In this document: piece after piece, positions 54,239 to 64,000 of the stretch
Layout: each line of letters opens with the position of its first letter
How positions within the stretch are numbered: position 1 is the stretch's first letter
Source: Eledone cirrhosa
Taxonomy: Eukaryota
NCBI GenBank assembly: GCA_964016885.1
Contig: OZ024740.1
Location: forward strand, 374,666,001-374,730,000
Reading direction: 5' to 3'
DNA length: 64,000 nt
Made by a program: the position numbers and the translations under genes
Notes under the pieces: model-generated
The model's input: only the letters and a program-made list of their open reading frames with translations
What the model was told of the DNA's origin: nothing
Databases searched by the model: none

Positions 54239-54504
54239 ATAATTATGAAGTATATAAATAGGTAAATGAATGCCATTGTTAATTAATAAATAAATCAACT
54301 AATACCTTAACACTTCATACAAAGTAAAATATTTCTTTTTAATCATTTTCTAGCCCAGAAAAAAGAGAGAAATAAATAAAAAGGAAAAAAATATATTTTT
54401 CTTCCTAATAATAGTTTCTTCCTCCCTGTTTTCATATATATATGTATATCCTAACTCGTGTGCTTCATATCCACATTTTATTATATATATATATATATAT
54501 ATAT

Positions 54505-54885
54505 ATTTTAGTAAAAGGAAAATAAAATGCTGACAAATTTTTCCCAGTGAAAAATAGTTTAATTAGGAATAAGTATAAATTAGTAATAAGTATTGGCTAG
54601 TATTCAGTTTTAGATTTAAGTTTTTAACGGTTGCGCATTTCTAATGCTTTTCAAAAATTATTTTGAGATACAGCGCCCGTGATGTTTGCTCGGATTAGAG
54701 CAAACATCACAGGCGCTCTATCTAAATATTATTTTTGAAAAGTATTAGAAATGCGCAACCGGTAAAAACTTAAACCTAAAACTGAATACTAACCAATACT
54801 TAATACTAATTTATACTTCTTCCTAATTACACTATTTTTCACTGGGAAAAATGTGTCACCATTTTCTTTTCCTTTTACTAATATA
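54505..54885. repeat. ~380-bp fold-back with a 6-nt loop and decayed HHR-like motifs in the arms
   Basis: Apex gtgatgtttgctc ggatta gagcaaacatcac; ttgaaaa gtatta gaaatgcgca at 54735. Confidence 0.85.
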
Positions 54886-54916
54886 TCACAACTCGTGTGT
54901 TACACCTCGATTCTTT

Positions 54917-55009
<93 letters not shown>

Positions 55010-55011
55010 AA

Positions 55012-55536
55012 ATGAAGTATATTCTTGAAACACACAAGATCCTTAAAAGTAAAAGACAACCCAAATCACTAAAACGCATTCTCACTGGACCAAATATACC
55101 CAAACCAATCCTCAACCCTACAGTTACCAAATGTGGTAGAACAAACTGTGGAACGTGCCTCTACCTCACTGAAGGACAAACATTTACATTTAAAGATGGC
55201 CAAACATTTACAGTAAAAAACAATTTCACCTGCAACTCGGAAAACTTGATTTACGCAATAACTTGCGGTGGGTGCAAACACAACTACATAGGACAGACGG
55301 GCACCTCATTACGCAAAATAATGACCATCCACCGCCAACAAATCCGGGACGCTAACACAAGAAAAATCCACTTGAGTAGCCATATTGCGAACTGCGCAGG
55401 AATGACACTACCCAACTTTAAAATCTTCCTCTTCTACAAGTGCTCAGATTCGTTCACACAGCAACAAAGAATAAACAAAGAAAATCTATTCCTTAACAAA
55501 TTTAAACCAAAACTAAACGGGTTATCACACCAATAG
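55012..55536 (+). CDS. Neptune-like PLE Cys-rich linker + GIY-YIG endonuclease (5'-truncated at a (TA)n tract)
   Basis: KCGRTNCGTC, FTCNSENLIYAITCGGCKHNYIGQTG, HRQQI, KE..F.NKF.PKLN; homologous to 43597..44010. Confidence 0.85.
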   Translation: MKYILETHKILKSKRQPKSLKRILTGPNIPKPILNPTVTKCGRTNCGTCLYLTEGQTFTFKDGQTFTVKNNFTCNSENLIYAITCGGCKHNYIGQTGTSLRKIMTIHRQQIRDANTRKIHLSSHIANCAGMTLPNFKIFLFYKCSDSFTQQQRINKENLFLNKFKPKLNGLSHQ

Positions 55537-56515
55537 AATTGTCATAATATATAAACACACATACGCACGGAGTGACAGATATATGTGTTTGTATGTGGGC
55601 ATGTATATAATTATCACTACTATTAAAGACCAGAGACCAATTCTGTAGAATCAGGTTTATTCGTTGACAGACCATGCCTTTGTATGACCAACACATCCAT
55701 GTTAAACCCTGCACGTGCACACATATATATCTATATATATATGCGCACACATAATTCACCACTGTCGGTTGCGGGGCCCAATCTACATGAAGAACTCAAT
55801 GTGATCAAAATGACTTGTATTTTAATTTCACTGTCCTAATTTCTTATATTATGGAAAAAATATATGTGTATGTATGTATATATATATATTTGGAGGCCAT
55901 TTCTCTGTGTGTGGGTGTATGTATGTGTATATATGTGTGTGTGTGTGTATGTGTGTGCGTGTGTGTGTGGGGGGGTGTATGGATGTATGCGTATGTGTGT
56001 ATATATATATGTGTGTGTGTGTGTGTATATATATGTGTGTGTGTGTATATATATATGTGTGTGTATGTGCATATATGTGTGTGTGTATGTGTGTATGTAT
56101 ATGTATCTGTGTGTGTATGTATGTGTGTATATATATATATATATATGTGTGTATATATATGTATATGTATGTATGTGTGGATGAAGGTATGTGTGTATAT
56201 ATAGGTGTAAGTGCACTAAATCCCTTTCTATCAATCTCCCCTCTCCTACCGACCACAGGGAGATATATGTATGTACATTGCTTCCACCCCCTCACTGACC
56301 AGCAGCTGGCCATCTGGCCATTGCTAAATCTGACCTTTATAAAATAACCCACACCCCCAAATAACTTCTCATTCACTACCAGAAAGGCACACAGCAGTTA
56401 ACTAGCTGCTACCAAGATGAAAACTACTATGAAATCCCACAATGAATTTTATACTTGAATTTTCAAGTCTCAAATTTTAACTCTTCTTATTATTAATTTT
56501 TCTTAATATTAATCA

Positions 56516-56561
56516 ACATTTGAAAAGATGGCTTTTACAGACCCATCGAAACCGATCATTT
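56516..56561 (+). ncRNA. Hammerhead, U3-A8 variant, downstream of the Neptune-like endonuclease
   Basis: cat|ttgaaaa|gatgg cttttacagac ccatc|gaaac cg atc|att. Confidence 0.68.
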
Positions 56562-56664
56562 TTTATACCCTTCATTATTTCCTTACCTTATAAAATTATA
56601 TGTTTTTTCACAAAAAAGTATTCTGTCTCTTATATATTCCATGTGCCATTACCAACCTCAATTG

Positions 56665-56743
<79 letters not shown>

Positions 56744-56794
56744 TTGTATATAAATAAGAGGGTGTTAAAGTTTGCTTGAAGCATTGTGAAATGT

Positions 56795-58656
56795 GTAAAA
56801 TATGTAGTTAAGAAAGCCACAACAATGCAGAGGGAAATCTCGAGGTAGCAAGTGAATGATAGATAAGAGAAACAGGAGAAAGTGAAAATTGAGAGAGAGA
56901 AAGAAGAAAACAAAACAAAGGTAGAAGGGTTACCGTAGTGGAGATTTAATCCCAATATTTCGGGCTCGCGCCCATCAACGGGGGAAAGTTCCAAAAGGGG
57001 GGGGGGGACAGGCCAAGCGGAGAAAGTTGTGATGTCGTTAAGACAGGAATGCCGTTATGGGGAGAAAATTATTTAAAATTTAAACGAGGGAAAGAATGCG
57101 CGTGCGCGTGATAGGCTGTGGCAAAAACTACTGACCAAATGGGTTAAATCAAGAGGGTGCGCTAGCGTGTGAAAGCCGTAAAATATGTGTCTGTAAATAT
57201 ATGTGTGTGTAACTGTGTGTGTATAAGTGTAAGTGTGTATATATGTGAGTGTGTGTGTGTGTGAAGGATAGTGGGCTGTAGAAGCTGGAAATCAAAGGGT
57301 GTGAAAGGTGGTAGGTTGTAAAACATGTGTGCGTGTATAAATATAGATGTGTGTGTGTAAGCGTATGGGTATACATGTGTGTGTAACTGTGTGTGTATAT
57401 GTGTGAGTGCGTGTGTGTGTGAAAGATAGTGGGCTGTAGAAGCTGGAAATCAAAGGGTGTGAAATGTGGTAGGTTGTAAAAACATGTGTGCGTGTATAAA
57501 TATAGATGTGTGTGTGTATGCGTATGGGTATGTATATACGTGCGTGTGTGTGAAGATAGCAGGCCGTAGGCTGTGACTGGTCACTATGGTTAATAAGTTT
57601 TACATAGGTAGCACCATCCGACCCCTACATGTTCGTATCAAGGAACATATCAACACCAACGCATCTTCCTTCCGTAAACATATCCTTAAATGCGGAAACC
57701 CACAGGGTAGACCCTTGGTCACAGTCCTAGCGACTGAACGCAGCATCGGATCCTTAAGGATAAAGGAAGCACTTGTTATTAAGAACCTCAGACCCCCACT
57801 TAACAACCGGGCTGAGAGAAATGAGCTGACACGGCTAACTTAACCATAGTGACCATTCACAGCCTACGGCCTGCTATCTTCACACACACGCACGTATATA
57901 CATACCCATACGCATACACACACACATCTATATTTATACACGCACACATGTTTTTACAACCTACCACCTTTCACACCCTTTGATTTCCAGCTTCTACAGC
58001 CCACTATCTTTCACACACACACGCACTCACACATATACACACACAGTTACACACACATGTATACCCATACGCTTACACACACATGTATACCCATACGCTT
58101 ACACACACACACATCTATATTTATACACGCACATATGTTTTACAACCTACCACCTTTCACACCCTTTGATTTCCAGCTTCTACAGACCACTATCTTTCAC
58201 ACACACACACACTCACACATATACACACACTTATACACACACAGTTACACACACATATATTTACACACACATATTTTACGGCTTTCACACGCTAGCGCAC
58301 CCTCTTGATTTAACCCATTTGGTCAGTAGCTTTTGCCACAGCCTATCACGCGCACACGCATTCTTTCCCTCGTTTAAATTTTAAATAATTTTCTCCCCAT
58401 AACGGCATTCCTGTCTTAATGACATCACAACTTTCTCCGCTTGGCCTGTTCCTCCCCTTTTGGAACTTTCCCCCATTGATGGGCGCGAGCCCGAAATATT
58501 GGGATTAAATCTCCACTACGGTAACCCTTCTACCTTTGTTTTGTTTTCTTCTTTGTCTCTCTCAATTTTCACTTTCTCCTGTTTCTCTTATCTATCATCC
58601 ACTTCCTACCTCGAGATTTCCCTCTGCATTGTTGTGGCTTTCTTAACTACATATTT

Positions 58657-58660
<4 letters not shown>
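56795..58660. mobile_element. 1.9-kb fold-back: ~800-bp inverted pLTRs around a GIY-YIG fragment
   Basis: Arms 56795-57592 and 57841-58660 are near-identical reverse complements, each with an internal ~140-160-bp tandem repeat. Confidence 0.92.
57586..57843 (+). pseudogene. PLE GIY-YIG endonuclease 3' fragment
   Basis: FYIGSTIRPLHVRIKEH...HILKC...LRIKEALVIKNLRPPLN. The ATG derives from the inverted arm. Confidence 0.82.
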
Positions 58661-58743
<83 letters not shown>

Positions 58744-58837
58744 ATAAATATATAATATGAAGACTAAAATCCAAAGAGCCCTCGATGACGATAAATATAT
58801 ATCAAATATATAAGAACAGTAGAGCAAATATTTATTA

Positions 58838-59563
58838 AAATAACAGTGTAAAGTTTCAGAAAAGAATCACAGCTTTCACCCTTAACGGGATCTTCTGAAA
58901 CTAAAAATATCAATATGTGAACGCAGAAGTAAATATTTCGAAAAAAGTTGCAACCGAAGGAAGACAGGAAAACGATACTTTGGTTCGTGGCAACGTTCCC
59001 TGGCAAAGAACGGTAAAAAACGAAAATAATACCTTATAAATAGGAGCGGACTCAACGAATCACCTTATAGAATATTAGTCTACGACTTCATTTGTACCAT
59101 AAACTTGGTTTGTCTTAGCGTGTAATTGTTTTCACCGCTCCTAATTATGACGTATTATTTTCGTTGTTTTCCTTATGCATAGGGCGGTGAATTTGGCAGT
59201 ATCTGTAGAGGGTCGGACGCCATGCTTTGCAGCAAAGAATTACGGCCCTTTATGGTCTGAGTTCAAATCCGGCCGAGGTTAACTTTGCCTTTCTTCGTTA
59301 CGGGGTCGATAAAATAAAGTATCATTAATACACTGGGATAATTGCTGGCATTGTGCCAAAAATAGTAACAATTATTTTCGTTTTTTTCCGTTCTTTGCTA
59401 GGGAACGTTTCCAGGAACCAAAGTATCGTCTTCCTGACTTCCTTCGGTTGCAATATTTTTCAAAATAGTTACCTCTGCGTACACAGAGATATATTTTTAG
59501 TTTCAGAAGATCCCATTAAGGGTGAAAGCAGCGATACTTTGGTCAAACTATAATCTGTTATAT
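58838..59563. repeat. Fold-back element with its right arm interrupted by a SINE
   Basis: ctttcacccttaacgggatcttctgaaactaaaaatat (58873) vs atatttttagtttcagaagatcccattaagggtgaaag (59491). Confidence 0.8.
59180..59370 (+). mobile_element. tRNA-derived SINE, sense orientation, with probable TSD
   Basis: B-box gagttcaaatcc at ~59259; reverse complement of 3375-3560; attattttcgtt at ~59153 and ~59371. Confidence 0.88.
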
Positions 59564-59598
59564 TAATATATATATATACACACACACATATATATATA

Positions 59599-59765
<167 letters not shown>

Positions 59766-59794
59766 ATATGTATGTGTGTGTGTGTGTGCATGTA

Positions 59795-60333
59795 TCTATA
59801 CATATACATACTACATGCGTATGTACACATATATGTATGTACGTATACATACTTATATTTAGGTATCAGCTTTACTAAGAGTGAGAAATGAAATTTCGTT
59901 TCATTCTTTTCCATTTATCGTTTTCGGTATACCCAGTCGACTAACTCACTCGATATGCAAATTAGGGTGCTCATCCGTTAATATGCTTAAGGAAAGTATA
60001 TACTTTCAGATGTTCAATCATCTGACAGAAAGGTATATGATGCTGACGATAGCTAATAAGCTTGAAACATCGTTTTCTGTGTCAATGTTGAAAGAAAGTC
60101 GACGATGGTTGCCTAGCACGGTACGGCGTAATTCGGGATGTTTGTTTACAAACAAACTGAACAATATAATAAATATTCGGTAAACCCATACGTACATATA
60201 TATACGTGTGCATGTATGTATATATATACATACTAATTTGCGTATGTACACATATATGTATGTACGTATACATACTTATATTTAGGTATCAGCCGTACTA
60301 AGAGTGAAAAATGAAATTTCGTTTCGTTCTTCT

Positions 60334-60340
<7 letters not shown>
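59795..60340 (+). mobile_element. 1.3 tandem copies of a 423-bp unit containing an HHR-like core at 60040-60080
   Basis: aggtatcag at 59861 and 60284; ctgacga|t agct aata agct t|gaaac atc gtt; stem I poor. Confidence 0.65.
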
Positions 60341-60393
<53 letters not shown>

Positions 60394-60452
60394 TCTGCAA
60401 TGAATTGAGTACCTTACTTACTGTGGTTACCTCCGATTCAACCCGGAATAAC

Positions 60453-60568
<116 letters not shown>

Positions 60569-60589
60569 TTATGAAAAAGTATGACTCTT

Positions 60590-62930
60590 ATTCTATATAT
60601 AGGAAAAAGTATGACCCCGACCGCAGAGCTCAAGCCGTTTCGACGGCTATTTCTGGAATAAATTAGAACTTTTAGCCTGGCGAATAAATAGCCGAACTTT
60701 TCAAGGGGGTACTTCCTTATATGGGAAGATTGTGTTTGTCAAGAGGTTTGGTTAAAATTTGTTGTAAACACAAATAAGTCTATCATGGCATTTGGTGGGT
60801 GGTAGGGGTGGCTAAACTTGCCTGCGAGTGAAGCGGTCAAGCGTTGAAAGTGATATGTATACAGCAGAATCTAAGGATAGTGTGTGAAGTGAGGGAGGGA
60901 CTATAGAATAGGTAAATCGAAAGAGAGTAGGAGACAATAAAAGAAACTAGAAAGAAATAAAATAAAAAATAAAAGAATATATAAAATTAGATAGTGAGAA
61001 ATGAATAAAGTAATCACAATGCTATCTTACAATTACAGGTTAATAAGTTGAGAATATAAAACACTTATAGAAATTACAAAACAGATACAAACTTAAAGGG
61101 GTTTTTAACACATCTGCTATAAGTAATTAGTCAAACGTATTCGGCCAATTCTATCTTAAAATAACAGGGGTGGGGTAACTGATGCTACAAGGCCAGATGG
61201 GCTGCATCGGGGTAGGCGAAAGAGGAAAGCAGACGAGGAAGAAAACAGGGGTTGGAAGAAGTGATAGGATGAGGCACCAGTAATAAGTAGACAAAGAGCA
61301 AAAGAAAAGAGGTACATTTACCTATGTAAGCTGGGGTTTCCCCTAACTTATTCGGCAAGTGTGTTTGTGTGTGGGTGGGGTGGTGTGGGGTTATCAGCCA
61401 TTGTCTACCCACTCGGGTCGTTATAGGGTTTGAGGGCGAGGTAAGTCCTACGCAATATGTGTTGGCATGCAGTTATCAGTTCTTGTTTAGGAGTTGGTCC
61501 TTCGAAAACAGCATTTGTAATGTCTCCTCCGAGCATAAGTTACCCGGACGGCGTCCTCCTGTGTGAGAGTTAGCTCTGGACAGTAATCTCCAAGTGAGAT
61601 TGTAGGTTATATTGTTATCTTGGGGGTCCCAGATGTGGCCCGAAAGTGTAGTGGCATGTCGCCGGACCGGGTTTCGGAAAGTGTGTCGGTGTTAGTAGAG
61701 CCGGGTCTTGAAGTCACACGTGGTTAATCCTATATAAGCTTTGTTAGAGGTGTCCGTCTTCACGTTGCACTGGTAGATCACGTTACATTCTCGGCAGTTG
61801 TTGTTGAGGGGGCACGTGGATATATCAGGGCAGTTACACCTCCTGGTCGGCTCTCCAATGATGTCTAGGATATTTCTTCCATAGGGGTTGAGTTTTTTTT
61901 TGTTTGAGGAGACGAAGTTTGTACGAAGTTAGGTGTGGTGTTGTAGGAGAGTTTGATGGTATTTTTGTTGATTATGTTGTGGTAGCGTTGTTGTAGTGGG
62001 AATTGTGTTTTGAGGAGTCTCAAGAAGATTTTCCCGATAGGTGTTGCCACCTCGGCATTGTGGGGAGGATTGAACCATGTTACGTTGCGTGATACGCGGT
62101 GTCGCCTGCTGGTTCCGCTAAGGGAAGCTGGATAAAAGGATATTTCATCTCGGAACCCACTCCGCTTGAGGGCCTGGTTGTGATGAGTCGCGTGTTCGTC
62201 GAATATCTGCTCATTAGCGGACAAACGAGATATGCGGAGGGAGATGTTTTTAACCAGGTTATTGGTGATGATTCTAGGATGATTAGAGCGGCGGTGGATG
62301 TAGTGCAGGTTGTCGTTTGGTTTCCTGTATGGGGAGTACAGATCAGTTTCGAGGTTAGGATAACGTTATGGAAATTGACTCGGGTTAGGGACGTTTGTAG
62401 GTTTATTTTAAATCCCCAGTCCCGGAAGAAGTTGATTAGTTGTTTACGGACCCGGTCTCTACTACTGGGGTTGTACACTTTGAGGGTGAGGAGCCCATCA
62501 TCCCGGCACAATCCACTGCCGAATGCAGGAACCATTTCGGTGAGTTTAAATAGTAGGAATAATCCTTTAAGATCTGTGACCTCGGCGCAATCTGTTGCGC
62601 CCATGCTGAGGTCGAAGGGGGAGTCGGAAGCTCTCTTCATCCACTTGGAGTTGTGGAAAAATAGAACTGTCTTCCTGGCGTGGAGAATGATATTTCTTTC
62701 GTGGTCAGTGATGGGCGTGAGTGTTTTTACAAAGTCCAAAGCTACCGTAAGGAGCGATAAGGTAATAGATGCATAGTAACTCTCTATGTCAAACTGGATG
62801 AATTTTGTGTCTCGTTTGTCAACCATATTCCTGAACCTTGAGATTACTTCCTGGGTGCTGACCCATAAGCTAAGTCTCACGTTTTGCTTAACTTTTGGTT
62901 AAACTCGGTCTAGGAACTTTTTACTGATTC
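60590..62930 (-). mobile_element. 5'-truncated PLE of the YRDD/CxC lineage with 3' pLTR
   Basis: ORFs 62080..62880 (QFDIESYY, MGATDCAE, LCRDDGL) and 61865..62224. The GIY-YIG region at 61450-61850 is homologous to 37930-38350. Confidence 0.92.
60614..60710 (-). ncRNA. Hammerhead, U3-A8 variant with long stem II
   Basis: Reverse complement: cccc|ttgaaaa|g tt cggctattt...aaatagccg t c|gaaac ggc ttgagctct gcg gtc|gggg. Confidence 0.78.
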
Positions 62931-62974
62931 TATATATACACTGTTAATATATACACTCTACCTATTTATATATT

Positions 62975-63012
<38 letters not shown>

Positions 63013-63014
63013 CA

Positions 63015-63052
63015 TGTGTGTGTGTGTGTGTGTGTATGTGTGTGTGTGTGTG

Positions 63053-63150
<98 letters not shown>

Positions 63151-63171
63151 TGTGTGAGTGTGTGTGTGTGT
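63015..63171. repeat. (GT)n microsatellite
   Basis: Direct sequence. Confidence 0.97.
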
Positions 63172-63177
63172 AGGTGT

Positions 63178-63292
63178 TTATATTATCGACCTCGAAAGGA
63201 TGAAAGGCAAAGTTAACCTCTGCGAATTTGAACTCGGAACGCAAAGGGCCATAACTATGCTGCAAATCATAGTGTCTGACGCTCTACCGATT
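63178..63292 (-). mobile_element. Partial tRNA-derived SINE
   Basis: tatcgacctcgaaaggatgaaaggcaaagttaacctc...atttgaactc. Confidence 0.82.
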
Positions 63293-63307
63293 TCATATTA
63301 CCTACTC

Positions 63308-63421
63308 TAGGAATCAGGACCCCGACGGCTGAGCTCTGGTCATTTCGACAGCTAGATACGAACTCTGTCGGATCTAGCTTTCGAAAGAGCCGGAGATCAG
63401 CAGTCGGGATGCTGACTCTTA
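63308..63421. repeat. Imperfect hairpin made of two HHR 3' halves
   Basis: cccgacggctgagctctggtcatttcgacagctagat / atctagctttcgaaagagccggagatcagcagtcggg. Confidence 0.75.
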
Positions 63422-64000
63422 TTCTATATATAGGAAAAAGTTTGACCCCGACCGCAGAGCTCAAGCAGTTTCGACGGCTATTTATGGACTAAATTAGAAT
63501 GTATAACCTGGAGAATAAATAGCCGAACTTCTCACGGGGTACTTCCTTATATGGGAAGATTGTAGTTGTCAAGACGATTGGTCAACATTTGTTGTAAACA
63601 CAAATAAGTCTATCATGGCATTTGGTGGGAGGTAGGTGTGGCTGAACTTGCCTGTAGAACAATGAGGGAGTGAGTGGAGCCGGTCAAGCGTTGAAAGTGA
63701 TATGTATACAGCAGATTCTAAGGATAGTGTATGAAGAGTTGAAAAATTGTTCTGGAGAAAGTGGAGGAGGGTTGTTATAGAATAGGAAATTCGAATGAGA
63801 GTAGGAGACAATAACAAATAATAGAAAGAAATATAAAAAATATATAAAATTAGATAGTGAGAAATGAATAAAAAAAAACAAAAGCAGTAGGGTCTAGAAA
63901 CAGCTGCTATGATTAGTAGGTGTTGCTTGTACGGCCAAAACTGTAGAATAGGTTAATAAGTTGAGAATGAAAAATACTAAATAAGAAATTGCAGAAGTGG
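63421..64000 (-). mobile_element. PLE pLTR copy (homologous to 60590-61050) with HHR at 63445-63540
   Basis: Long match to 60590-61050. HHR reverse complement: acccc|gtgagaa|gttcggcta...tagccgtc|gaaac tgc..gcg gtc|ggggt (position 3 mutated). Confidence 0.82.

Noticed and set aside
57200-57560. Repeat-spacer-like pattern (gatagtgggctgtagaagctggaaatcaaagggtgtgaaa repeated)
   Set aside because: This is a tandem duplication inside a eukaryotic pLTR. The intervening DNA is also repeated and there are no cas genes, so it is not CRISPR.
59180-59280. tRNA gene
   Set aside because: The B-box belongs to a SINE head with several dispersed copies and TSDs; no cloverleaf is evident.

Overview
AT-rich eukaryotic DNA with no recognisable host gene. 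The SINE types and dense (TA)n/(GT)n/(CT)n tracts suggest a coleoid cephalopod (octopod-like) intron or intergenic region; this is an inference. The window is dominated by Penelope-like retroelements (PLEs; RT plus C-terminal GIY-YIG endonuclease) of at least three lineages, mostly decayed and showing the typical tandem or inverted pseudo-LTR (pLTR) arrangements. There are also tRNA-derived SINEs and probable hAT and Helitron remnants. Reading both strands by eye reveals about 25-30 intact or decayed type I hammerhead ribozyme (HHR) motifs. Some sit in PLE pLTRs. Others sit once per unit in non-coding repeats of about 314-340, 423 and 740 bp arranged as tandems and fold-backs, which matches the architecture of retrozymes (circRNA-forming, ribozyme-bearing non-autonomous retroelements). 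Many HHRs carry a compensatory U3-A8 core (UUGANAA) instead of the canonical C3-G8 (CUGANGA), so a standard motif search would miss them. All structures were assigned by manual base-pairing. No folding or database search was run, and element boundaries are approximate.
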